Virus record (IMG/VR): IMGVR_UViG_3300050821_017570
Coordinates: 64,001-128,000 of that record
Direction: 5' to 3' (one strand)
Length of the DNA stretch: 64,000 bases
Origin: a virus
In this document: in pieces, positions 36,986 through 46,287 of the stretch
Position numbering within the stretch: the first letter of the stretch is position 1
Layout of the letters: every line of letters begins with the position of its first letter
Program-made: the position numbers and the translations under genes
The notes under the pieces: generated by a model
Database searches by the model: none
Seen by the model: the letters and a program-made list of their open reading frames with translations, nothing else
What the model was told of the DNA's origin: nothing

Positions 36986-39900
36986 CTAAGCTGCCTTAGG
37001 CTTCTCACCTAACCGGTTGGGATAGACGCTAATGTCGACACCGAGTCGTCTTCCATTCGTTTTTGGAATGGGGTTCATGGTGCGCATACAGAGTTCGATA
37101 ACGGTCTTCATTTCATTGACTGACTCGTTAGGGACCTCGAAATAGAAAGCATCATGGACCGGTAGGATGATTCGGAATCCGAGTCGTCGACCCGTCTCGG
37201 TATGATACCGGAAGTTGTAGAGATTGATGCCAGCCTGAGCGAGCAAATCAGCTACCGCCCCCTGAATACCACAATTCATCGCTTGTCGAGCGATCGCAGC
37301 CTGAACAGAACGCGACGCCGTAGCGGCGCCTGGAAAGTAACGACACCGATCAAACACCGTCTCCAGGTACTCGTTCTCGACGGCCGTCTTAGCAGCTGCC
37401 TTCAAAAACGCCCAAACCTGAGGGAATGTACTGGCGATGTAATCGATGATCGCTTGGCCTTGTGCCTGGGTAAACCCCGGAACCACCTTGCCGATCTCAC
37501 GGGCCAGCGCACCAGCGGAACGCCCGTACAGGAGTCCAAACAACACAGCCTTAGCAGCCGTGCGTAATGCGTCATAGAGACTCTTAACCCGTTTGGTCCA
37601 TGCTTTGTATGGCTTCGAATCGCCGGCCTCAATTGCGGCCAACGCGGCTGGAAGATCTGCTCCCTCTGGGAGCTGAAAGCATCGAACAGCGGTTTCAGAG
37701 TGAATGTCACGCTCTTGATCGATCGCCTTGGACATCGCTACGTCACCAGAGACGAAGGCCACAATACATAGCTCGGCGGTCTTAAAGTCCGCCTCCATCA
37801 GCGTGTAGCCAGGTGCAGGAACGTAGCACGACTTAAATGGTCGGAGCTTAATCCGATCTTCCTTTGGGATCAGATCGGCAGGAGCCTTCACATCATCGGT
37901 ACGACGCAGGTATTCCTTCGGAGTCATCCCATCGAATTTGTAGTCAACCAGTACTTCCAACGCAGCCGTCTCCTGCTTGTTGGGATTGGTCTGTAGGTTG
38001 GCCTTGAAGCTACGATACCGCCCCGTCTCACTCGTCTGGTGGAAGTGGGTACGAACCCTACCGTCACGGCAGATATTGTTCTGGAACGACTTACCGTCCT
38101 CCTTCTCACCATAACGATTTTGCTTTGGTAGCACCAGGTAGGTCGATAGGAACTTGCTGAGTACGGACAGATGCTTGAGCATCTTCAGTACCTGCAGGTC
38201 AGCTTTCTCTTCGTCTGTCTTAGCAGCCCCCAAAGACTGCGTATACATGAGGTCAAGAATGTTCGCCTTCGTGCAAGGCGAATTCTGCAACTCCTTATGA
38301 TCGGCTACAATATCGGTCCATAACTTCGGATACTTGTCCGTATTGCAGTAGGGGGTAAACGATAACCCCCTAACACCTTCGGGCAGCGGCTTTTTGTCTT
38401 TGAACTTCGAGGTGCTGAACAGCAAAGACGTGCGCTGCTTACTAGACGATGGGTTAAATTTAGGCCACCCGATGGTATCGCGAAATCGCTCCAGTAGTGC
38501 CTCATAGACCGGCTGATACTGATAATGAATTTCACGTAGCCGCGCCTGATCCACCAAAATGCCCTGGCGTTCCACATCCAGCAGATGGAGTGCGGTGGGC
38601 ATGACAAGATTCCAGAACAGCGACTTGAGCTTAGGATGCTGGTCCAGTTCAGCCTCAACCTTGCGAGCTGCCTGCCAGGTCGCATCGGCATCTCGTAACG
38701 CGTATGGAAACAGAATCTCATCTGGAACGTAGCCATAACCGTGAGCCAGTAGAGAAGGACGCCCCGAGAGTTTGATCCCATCGGGTCGAACCGCGCTTCC
38801 GGTTGAAAGCCACTCTTCGAGTTCCTTCCAGTAGTTACCGAACTCTGGTACGTAGGCACGAATCAAGTGGTCGAGACCATCTGATTCATCCCCGGTAGAA
38901 CCGTGTAGGAGATTGCGAGCCAATAGGGTACAGAATCCGGTCGCAAGCTTGTGATCCAGATTGATCTCAAACTCACCAGCCGCCTTGATATCACCGCGCA
39001 ACTGATGGCCTTCAAGCCGCCGTGCCGGATGATCCATAATCTGGCGCAACAGCTCTCGAATCTGGTTCAACTGCTCTGGCGTGTGGATCTCGGTGCAACC
39101 CACACCCCTGATGACTACCAGAGCCGCTTTACCAGCTGCCCATGAAAACTGTATCGTTCGAAGCAACCCATCCTCTTCACGTCCCGTTAGGTTGCCGTAC
39201 TCGGTATCGAAGCTAACAAGGGTTGCCGAGTCAGCCTCCATGTCGTCACGGAGCTTTACGACCTCCTCAACCGTCTGACAGACACGGTAGTCGGGCTTCA
39301 TGAGACAGGCACCCGACACATAGTTACGTAACCCTACATCGACCGCGCGGGCTAGTTCGGATCGGAATACATCGATGCCTGCGGTTGAGCCGACAAACAC
39401 AAATGGATTACAGGTCGGAACAACCGGAATGCCTTTCCACTCATGTACGGATCCACGATACGTGTCAAGCTTCGCCGTCTTGCCATACAGGACCTTCAAG
39501 GCGTCTGACCCAAGCGTCACGATAACCCGTGGCTGGCAGGCTTCGCAGTCCATCCGTGCGTAAACCGCACAGGCTTTTTTATGTGACTCTAAGGGTTTCA
39601 TATCCTTGGTCGGCATAGGAAACCGAACCGCATGGGTCACCAACATGTCGGCTAACGGTAATCCGGCCTCCACCGCCTGCTCGGCCAATAGGTGGCCCCA
39701 GAAATTACGAAGGCAGGTCCGGAACTCGATATCGCTTTGTGAGCAGATCGGCCCAATCAGCATGTAGTCGGCTATCCGCCATCCGAATCCAGTTCCACCC
39801 ATGTAGCCGGGTGTCTGCACGGGAAGGTGCCATCGATAATCAATCCTCGCTTCCGGTAGTGCGACCAGGTCCTTACAGACCTCATAACAGAACCACGGAA

Positions 39901-40036
39901 CATCGAGACCAGCACGCTGAGTGATACGGAACTCATTATGCTCGGGCGACAGGTCAGCCTCAGTGACGGTAGGAATCAGAACCTGATTACGTGGCCGCAC
40001 CGGTAGTGCGACAATTTCAGACAATGCGGTTGTCAC
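36986..40036 (-). CDS. polA: Family A DNA polymerase with N-terminal uracil-DNA-glycosylase-like domain
   Basis: UDG-like PRVIVTLGSDA...VVPTCNP; exonuclease SFDTEYG; TGRYRS..NLQ, motif A EADFKTAEL, motif B AKAVLFGLLYG, motif C PVHDA. Confidence 0.92.
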   Translation of the reverse strand: MTTALSEIVALPVRPRNQVLIPTVTEADLSPEHNEFRITQRAGLDVPWFCYEVCKDLVALPEARIDYRWHLPVQTPGYMGGTGFGWRIADYMLIGPICSQSDIEFRTCLRNFWGHLLAEQAVEAGLPLADMLVTHAVRFPMPTKDMKPLESHKKACAVYARMDCEACQPRVIVTLGSDALKVLYGKTAKLDTYRGSVHEWKGIPVVPTCNPFVFVGSTAGIDVFRSELARAVDVGLRNYVSGACLMKPDYRVCQTVEEVVKLRDDMEADSATLVSFDTEYGNLTGREEDGLLRTIQFSWAAGKAALVVIRGVGCTEIHTPEQLNQIRELLRQIMDHPARRLEGHQLRGDIKAAGEFEINLDHKLATGFCTLLARNLLHGSTGDESDGLDHLIRAYVPEFGNYWKELEEWLSTGSAVRPDGIKLSGRPSLLAHGYGYVPDEILFPYALRDADATWQAARKVEAELDQHPKLKSLFWNLVMPTALHLLDVERQGILVDQARLREIHYQYQPVYEALLERFRDTIGWPKFNPSSSKQRTSLLFSTSKFKDKKPLPEGVRGLSFTPYCNTDKYPKLWTDIVADHKELQNSPCTKANILDLMYTQSLGAAKTDEEKADLQVLKMLKHLSVLSKFLSTYLVLPKQNRYGEKEDGKSFQNNICRDGRVRTHFHQTSETGRYRSFKANLQTNPNKQETAALEVLVDYKFDGMTPKEYLRRTDDVKAPADLIPKEDRIKLRPFKSCYVPAPGYTLMEADFKTAELCIVAFVSGDVAMSKAIDQERDIHSETAVRCFQLPEGADLPAALAAIEAGDSKPYKAWTKRVKSLYDALRTAAKAVLFGLLYGRSAGALAREIGKVVPGFTQAQGQAIIDYIASTFPQVWAFLKAAAKTAVENEYLETVFDRCRYFPGAATASRSVQAAIARQAMNCGIQGAVADLLAQAGINLYNFRYHTETGRRLGFRIILPVHDAFYFEVPNESVNEMKTVIELCMRTMNPIPKTNGRRLGVDISVYPNRLGEKPKAA

Positions 40037-41139
40037 ACAAGACTCCTATGGGTAAGTGGTACCTGCTGACTCAGCAGTTGATGCATAACAGCTAAGCCGA
40101 GATCTGCCGGGTCTGGTACCTGAACATCTTCACCCGCAACTTTTCGTCGAGCGGTCTCAAGAATGCCTGGCGCCCAGTTGAACTGATAGACTGGTAGCTC
40201 ACAAAATTGATTCAATCGTCTGCACGCCTCGGCAGCGAACACTTTGTCATGTGCGCGTGGATCCGGCACTGACGTCTCGGGATCCAAACAGACCACACAG
40301 GTACGATACTTGGCTCCGATCTCGCGAGCCATCTTGTCATCAATCGTTTTCCCAAATATCGCCATACCTGAAGGCCCACAAGCGATCGAACTCGTAATAC
40401 CCTCACAGATGATCGGAACGCTCGTTGAGCCTATCCGATCGATTCCATAGGGCGTCTTACGATAACCGGGCGACAGGATCCATCGTTTGGGTTCTCGCTC
40501 AGTTGGCAGAATCGTACGTCCCTGCCAACCAACGAGTTTGCCATTGTGGTGGATAGGAAAGATAATGCGGTCCTGGACGAGTCGGAAATCCGGATCCCTG
40601 CCGTAACAGAAACAAGCACCGTAGTAGGATCCCAAATACGCACCAGTCAAACCTGTATACTTATGAAGCAAAAACAGGTTCGCTGGGTGATCACTCGACA
40701 GTTCCTGAAGCGGCACCACACACGTAGGTAGTCGGGTTTCTTTGTCTGGTTCACGAACCTGAACTGGCTGCGGGGGCTGAATCAATTCGATCACACCTGC
40801 CGTGCTGGTCAGTTCTTTCGCAATCGGCTCCCAGAAAGCAGGCGACCTAACCGGGCAATCGCTGTTGTAGCAGCACGCCAGGTGAGTGAGAAGACCCCAT
40901 CCTTCCCAGTCGGTCAACCATCTGTAGCTGAGCCCGAGTCGCCCCTTCTGATCCCCACAGAGCGGGCAGTTGATCCAATACTGCTCGTGTGATCCATCCT
41001 TCACGAACCGCTTAGCGCCAGCACCGCGGTCAGTCGTCACGACCCGCGCCTGCAGTTGCTCTCCAGGCGCCGTGATCTTTACATTGCCAAATTTGGCCTG
41101 TAGGTACCGGTACAACACCGGGTTAAGTGGACCGCTCAT
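40033..41139 (-). CDS. DNA primase (Zn finger plus TOPRIM)
   Basis: CPLCGD...CYNSDC; RIIFPI...VGWQGR; IICEGITS TOPRIM. Confidence 0.82.
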   Translation of the reverse strand: MSGPLNPVLYRYLQAKFGNVKITAPGEQLQARVVTTDRGAGAKRFVKDGSHEQYWINCPLCGDQKGRLGLSYRWLTDWEGWGLLTHLACCYNSDCPVRSPAFWEPIAKELTSTAGVIELIQPPQPVQVREPDKETRLPTCVVPLQELSSDHPANLFLLHKYTGLTGAYLGSYYGACFCYGRDPDFRLVQDRIIFPIHHNGKLVGWQGRTILPTEREPKRWILSPGYRKTPYGIDRIGSTSVPIICEGITSSIACGPSGMAIFGKTIDDKMAREIGAKYRTCVVCLDPETSVPDPRAHDKVFAAEACRRLNQFCELPVYQFNWAPGILETARRKVAGEDVQVPDPADLGLAVMHQLLSQQVPLTHRSLV

Positions 41140-42629
41140 ACCCGCTCGACCTGAACCGCATTACGCGCCCGTTCTTCGACCGGCAACGCATGTGACAGTT
41201 TAGCTGGGCTATCCTTGGTTACGAACCGCTTACCGCGTTGTTCCCATCCATCGGCGCGTTTGAAGCAAGTGCCGTTCTCGTTCCGCACCAGGATGTTTTC
41301 ACCCATATTGTCGTCACGAGATTTCGCGATTCGCATCTTCTGAACGTCAGAGCCCTTTGATCCAGGTAGGGCCTTTGGGTTGCGCGCGTTGAGGGTCAGG
41401 CAGTATCGCATCGATTCACAGAATGACTTGCAGTCTTCACCATCGAAATACGAATTATCCGCGAACGGCCCGCGCTCATTGGCTTTCGAACTCAACTGCT
41501 GTGCCACAACCCCAATGTTGTTGTGAGCGGATGCTACCCTAGCAACCCAGTCGGCCACTGCCCGCAATGGTAGATCACGCGCATCACCAAACCGCTTTGG
41601 ATCCATGCCCTTCATGTGGCTGGCTAGTGGGCCAGCCCAGTCGATGCAAAAGATCCCCAACCGGCCACTATGGCGACGTTCGAGATTATGGATCTCATTC
41701 TCGATCTCATTGATACCACCAGGGTTGGCGATCTGATCCAGAATGTGAAAGTTCTTATCCAGAAGGGCAAGCTTAGCCTGCATGATCTCAATCTGATCGG
41801 CTGACCACTGAAGCCGTCGCGCAATCTCCGGCATGTTAAACATGCCATCGGAAATCACATCGAACGGTACACCGGTGCAGCAGCTCAGGATCTTGGCCCG
41901 TATGATGGGCTGAAACCCCTGCTCAGTCATCACAAGGAGCGCCGGTTTACCCAGCAGAGCGTTCGAGATGGCCAGCTGGGTCAAAAAGGTAGTCTTACCC
42001 GATCCCTGGCCTGCCAGTACCGCAATCCCTGCGCCAGCTACCGGTCCAGCACCCTTGCCAAACGATGAATCGACAAAATCAACTCCAGTGCGAACCCGCT
42101 CTACCTGTTCGGTCTCCATGGTGGAGATACCCGAGATGATAGTGGATCCAGATGCACCCGCATACTGGGTACGGATCTTGTGGATGTGATCGCCCAGCTC
42201 GTGCAGGGTGCCTGTCTTCTCAGCCTGCTCGATTTGTTGCTTAATAGCAGCATCTCGGACCACACGGTGACAGATGAACTCAATCGTCTCGCTGGCAAGG
42301 CCACCAGAGCCAGCGGCCAAGTGGTGTGAGTTTTTCAAAAACTCAAAAGACTTTTCGAATATCTCCATCGCACGGGGGTCGCCTCGCTCGGGAAACAATA
42401 GAGAGGTGACTTCCGACAGCTGGTTAAAAAGAATCAAATCACCAGGGATCTCACGATATTGTTGGTAATACCGCTTGATGATATCAAACAAGATGCCCTG
42501 CCAGGTCTCACCGCCTACCAGGGTATGTGTGAGATGCTGCGGAAGAATGTATTGAAATGACCGCTCTGCTACCGCCGGATCATGCAACACATGAGCCAGC
42601 ATCACCGATACCTTAAATGCTGGAGTCAT
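41136..42629 (-). CDS. dnaB: DnaB-like replicative helicase
   Basis: TGVDFVD, Walker A AGQGSGKTT, IFCIDWAG, VAQQLS, IAKSRD. Confidence 0.82.
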   Translation of the reverse strand: MTPAFKVSVMLAHVLHDPAVAERSFQYILPQHLTHTLVGGETWQGILFDIIKRYYQQYREIPGDLILFNQLSEVTSLLFPERGDPRAMEIFEKSFEFLKNSHHLAAGSGGLASETIEFICHRVVRDAAIKQQIEQAEKTGTLHELGDHIHKIRTQYAGASGSTIISGISTMETEQVERVRTGVDFVDSSFGKGAGPVAGAGIAVLAGQGSGKTTFLTQLAISNALLGKPALLVMTEQGFQPIIRAKILSCCTGVPFDVISDGMFNMPEIARRLQWSADQIEIMQAKLALLDKNFHILDQIANPGGINEIENEIHNLERRHSGRLGIFCIDWAGPLASHMKGMDPKRFGDARDLPLRAVADWVARVASAHNNIGVVAQQLSSKANERGPFADNSYFDGEDCKSFCESMRYCLTLNARNPKALPGSKGSDVQKMRIAKSRDDNMGENILVRNENGTCFKRADGWEQRGKRFVTKDSPAKLSHALPVEERARNAVQVERV

Positions 42630-43198
42630 AGTTTGGCAACCTCATCGGGAAACAGTTCGGCCGCAACCGGTTGCTGAGCCAGCTCTTTACGAGCCTCACC
42701 AGCATATTGGTTCAACACGCCAGGGATGTTGTACTTGAGGGCAAGTACACATCGGAACAGTGGGCTAAACGACCTGAACTCGTCAAGGATAACGAGACGG
42801 GGCTCCATGACCTTGATGGCGTCTGAAAAGGTGTGCCATTGAGCCATATAGAAGTCAATATGACTGATCCGCTGCTTAGCCTGCAGTCGAACAATGTCAT
42901 CGGCGATCTTGGCCGACTCTAATACCTGTGGGTACCAGATACCGTACTGGATCATAAGAGGAACTCGTTGCATAACGAACTCCTCAGCTGTCTGTCCACG
43001 CTGCCGGCAAAGCCACGCCGCACGGACATAGCTGGAGACTTTTGCACTCACCCGCTTGTCACAATATTGGGCCCTCACTTCAAGAAACAGATCCATGATC
43101 CGCTTAGCCAAGACTTCCAGCTCAGGCGTAACGGCGAAATGTTCCCCATCTGGGGTCAGGTTTTGATCTTTACGTGACCGGCTCAATCTTGAATCCAT
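42626..43198 (-). CDS. Hypothetical protein (helicase-loader position)
   Basis: 190-aa helical ORF between the two helicases. Confidence 0.6.
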   Translation of the reverse strand: MDSRLSRSRKDQNLTPDGEHFAVTPELEVLAKRIMDLFLEVRAQYCDKRVSAKVSSYVRAAWLCRQRGQTAEEFVMQRVPLMIQYGIWYPQVLESAKIADDIVRLQAKQRISHIDFYMAQWHTFSDAIKVMEPRLVILDEFRSFSPLFRCVLALKYNIPGVLNQYAGEARKELAQQPVAAELFPDEVAKL

Positions 43199-44636
43199 TC
43201 TGTCGATAGACTTTGAATCGGTTACGTGAACGAGCCTGCAGATCGGGAGAGAACGTATCGTTGAAATCGATCAGTAGCCCTTTTTGCTTCTGACCATCCG
43301 ATCCCAATCGACTCAATCGACCCGGTACCTGTACCGAGTTGATCGAACTACTGGTACCATCGGCGCGGACCAAGATATCGAGATCAAGAAAGTTAACGCC
43401 CTTAGACCATATGAAGGTGGCGATCACGCGGCGCAGCGTACCGGCGCTGAACTGCTCCTTGTAGGCAGCGCGTTCCTTACGCGTACAGGTTCGCTGACCT
43501 TCCAGGATACCGCCACGCTTCGCCAGCCTATCGAGCTGTCTATCATCCGACTCACCCGTCACGACGGTAAAATCGGGCATCAGCTGCTGTAGTCGTAACG
43601 CATGTTCGATCTTGTCGACCATGATGAGGATCTGAGGATCCTCCCGCTCCAGCCGATATCTAGCATACTGCACCGAGTATCGGATCATTTCGTTACGGTA
43701 CTGGTTCTCCCAGATACCTTTACGGTTCTTGAGATCAGGCCGCACGATCGACTGGACGTTGGGGCCATGGTCGACCCGGAAGACCCAGACGTCAATCGGC
43801 ACCACGTTACCCATCTCGACGGCTTCCTGGTAAGGGACTTCGTATATGATGGGTCCAAACAGAGCCTCGATGTATTGGTCTCCGCCATCCGACCGACCGG
43901 TTGGTGAGGCCGTCATACCAATAAACTTGGCTCGTGGAAATTGGACCAAATCCTCACGGAATCGTTCGCTCACCAAGGCATGCGCTTCATCGCCTACCAA
44001 CAGATTAGCGTTACGATGACAGTGCTTGAGCGAATGGGAAACCGCAACCGTTACTCGCTGAGGATTCACAGTTCCATCACCACAAAAGCCAATCCGCCCA
44101 TCCTGGGCCACCAGTGACTGGTAGGTGTCACGCGCGATATCGATAGACGGGACGGTGAATATGATGTTTGCGTCAGGGTACAGGTGTACCAGTTGACGCA
44201 TGATAAAAGTCTTGCCCCATCCGGTTGGACAAACCACTGTGCCACAACGATTTGCAAGAATCGATGCCAATACGGCGGGTTGACTGCCACGCCACTGGAT
44301 GTCGGCAGGAATACAATCGAACCGTGGAGCCGGTAGCTCACACGGAATCCAATCCCGCTCCTCTACAGTGAAGCCAGCATCTTTTAGCCCACCAATGATC
44401 CTTGGGCCGAATCCACTGAAGGTGAAGAACTTGGCCACACCTTGTGGGTCTGTGTCGTACCAGAAGACACGCTGTGGCTTCTGAATGACTTGCGGCTTCC
44501 ATCCATTTCTCGGGTCGGGATCACCGCGCTCGATCAACGTGATGGAAAGGTCAGACTCAAACAACTGCCCTAGGTAGGCGGGTTCAATCGACATCACCCT
44601 ACCCAGGTAGGTCACGATAGCTGTTTTGTCGCTCAT
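43170..44636 (-). CDS. Superfamily 2 helicase (UvsW-like)
   Basis: PTGWGKT, GDEAH, GMTASP, KGVNF, QVPGRLSR. Confidence 0.88.
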   Translation of the reverse strand: MSDKTAIVTYLGRVMSIEPAYLGQLFESDLSITLIERGDPDPRNGWKPQVIQKPQRVFWYDTDPQGVAKFFTFSGFGPRIIGGLKDAGFTVEERDWIPCELPAPRFDCIPADIQWRGSQPAVLASILANRCGTVVCPTGWGKTFIMRQLVHLYPDANIIFTVPSIDIARDTYQSLVAQDGRIGFCGDGTVNPQRVTVAVSHSLKHCHRNANLLVGDEAHALVSERFREDLVQFPRAKFIGMTASPTGRSDGGDQYIEALFGPIIYEVPYQEAVEMGNVVPIDVWVFRVDHGPNVQSIVRPDLKNRKGIWENQYRNEMIRYSVQYARYRLEREDPQILIMVDKIEHALRLQQLMPDFTVVTGESDDRQLDRLAKRGGILEGQRTCTRKERAAYKEQFSAGTLRRVIATFIWSKGVNFLDLDILVRADGTSSSINSVQVPGRLSRLGSDGQKQKGLLIDFNDTFSPDLQARSRNRFKVYRQNGFKIEPVT

Positions 44637-44750
44637 GAGGACCTTAGGTCGGGATAGCTACGATAACAGAGTTCCATCAATCTCAATAGGTTGGTTATGT
44701 CCCCCATCCGGTTGTAGAACCGGGGCCATGACCCACTAGTGATTGATACC

Positions 44751-44795
44751 AAAAGAAAAAGATCCCCCGGCGCCTTTCGGCCACCGGGGGATCTT
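44751..44795 (-). terminator. Strong Rho-independent terminator after Ubl operon
   Basis: AAGATCCCCCGG/CCGGGGGATCTT stem followed by TTTTTCTTTT on minus strand. Confidence 0.8.
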
Positions 44796-44846
44796 CCTCA
44801 CCCACAACCGGCATTCCGCCGGAGTGAGTTCATCTGATGCTGAAAC

Positions 44847-44864
44847 CTAGCCCTTGCGGGCTAG
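44847..44864 (-). other. GNRA hairpin directly after Ubl stop codon
   Basis: CTAGCCC-GCAA-GGGCTAG on minus strand. Confidence 0.6.
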
Positions 44865-44866
44865 CC

Positions 44867-45487
44867 TCACTTGTTGCCCTTGATGGGCTCGGTGAGGAGG
44901 ACGAGATCGCCATCCTGGACTTCGGTATCCAGGGTGGCGGGATCGCCGCCGATCTTCAGATCGTAGTTGCCCTTCACGAGACCCGCGTGGCGGAGAACGT
45001 CCGCGACGGTGTCACCGTGGTCGACAGCCACCGGGGTCAGGCGACCCGGGAACTTGCCGACCTGAACGGAGATCTGGTTGCCCTTGATGGGCTCGGTCAG
45101 CAGAACCAGGTCACCATCCTGAACCTCGGTCTCCAGAGTCGCGGGATCGCCGCCGATCTTGAGATCGTAGTTGCCCTTCACGAGACCCGCATGCCGCAGC
45201 ACGTCGGCCACGGTATCGCCGTGATCGACCGCGACAGGCGTCAGACGACCAGGGAACTTGCCGACCTGGACGCTGATCTGGTTGCCCTTGATGGGCTCGG
45301 TGAGGAGGACGAGATCGCCGTCGAAGACCTCGGTGTCGAGGTTGGCGCTCTCGCCACCGATCTTGAGGTCGTAGTTGCCCTTCACGAGACCCGCGTGGCG
45401 GAGCGCATCCGCGACGGTCGAGCCTGCATCGCAGGTGATGGGGGTGAGACGACCGGGGAACTTGCCAACCTGAACGGAGATAGCCAT
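44867..45487 (-). CDS. Triple tandem ubiquitin-like (beta-grasp, ThiS/MoaD-like) protein, polyubiquitin-like precursor
   Basis: AAGGAAG RBS; three 68-69-aa units ISVQVGKFPGRL...TVAD.L...DGDLVLLTEPIKGN. Confidence 0.88.
   Translation of the reverse strand: MAISVQVGKFPGRLTPITCDAGSTVADALRHAGLVKGNYDLKIGGESANLDTEVFDGDLVLLTEPIKGNQISVQVGKFPGRLTPVAVDHGDTVADVLRHAGLVKGNYDLKIGGDPATLETEVQDGDLVLLTEPIKGNQISVQVGKFPGRLTPVAVDHGDTVADVLRHAGLVKGNYDLKIGGDPATLDTEVQDGDLVLLTEPIKGNK
44873..45487. repeat. Three 204-bp tandem coding repeats (44873-45076, 45077-45280, 45281-45487)
   Basis: Units 2 and 3 are 67/68 aa identical, with many synonymous differences. Confidence 0.95.
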
Positions 45488-45560
45488 GTGAAACTTCCTT
45501 GAGAGAGGTGGGTTAGAGGCCCACCTTTGTAACAAACAACATTTTCAGTACAAGCGCAAA

Positions 45561-46274
45561 CTAACCGGCAGCCTTCTTGAGGAAGGTCCGGGGCAACAGG
45601 ACAGTAAAGGCGGGGCTCATAGCGACAAGGACGTCCCACTGTGGGGCTTCCTTCCCTTCCTTACCCTGTTTGTGGGCCCACCACTGGATCAGCGTCCACG
45701 TGGCGTATCCTGCGAGAATCTCGGCAGTCGGACCTACCGTGATCTGCGTCCCACAGGCGCTTACCGTCGCCTGCTCATCCCCATACAGATACCCTTCCCA
45801 GAACTTGACCTGTTCGGGGCTATTGGGATCGATCGCAAAGACACGCGCCTGGTCAGCCCCCATGCGGGTCTCGATCATCAGCTTCAAGTAGGGATGGTAC
45901 TTGATACTGGCGTCCCAAATCTCCTTCCGACTCTTCATCGTGTCGGTCAGGAGGAAAACGAACGATCCGAGATCCTGCTGGCCCTCGTAGGCCTCATTGT
46001 GCGCAGTGATCTCGATCTCGGTCTGGCGCCGGATCATCTCCTTCAACGCCTCGACCTTCGGCTTTCCAATGTCATCGATGCCAAACGCCTGATTTGGCAC
46101 ATTGTGGCCTTCGATCTTGTCGAAGTCCCAACAGTGAAGATTCTTGATGCCGAGCTTGGCCAGCGAAATGGCCACTCGGGAACCGGTTGCACCGCATCCG
46201 ATGATGTCGACCCGCTGCTCGCCAAAAGCATACGGGTCGAACACCTCCAGATGCCGCATCGTATTAAGCGGCAT
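45561..46274 (-). CDS. E1-like ThiF/MoeB-family adenylyltransferase
   Basis: IIGCGATGS, DFDKIEGHNVPNQ, GKPKVEA, LLTD, putative catalytic Cys in SACG; no CxxC zinc pairs. Confidence 0.9.
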   Translation of the reverse strand: MPLNTMRHLEVFDPYAFGEQRVDIIGCGATGSRVAISLAKLGIKNLHCWDFDKIEGHNVPNQAFGIDDIGKPKVEALKEMIRRQTEIEITAHNEAYEGQQDLGSFVFLLTDTMKSRKEIWDASIKYHPYLKLMIETRMGADQARVFAIDPNSPEQVKFWEGYLYGDEQATVSACGTQITVGPTAEILAGYATWTLIQWWAHKQGKEGKEAPQWDVLVAMSPAFTVLLPRTFLKKAAG

Positions 46275-46287
46275 ACCTATCCTGGCT

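Noticed and set aside
21430-40036. Inteins or introns in RNR or DNA polymerase
   Set aside because: Both frames are continuous and of normal size, with no C...HN splice motifs; the polymerase insert is only about 45 aa.
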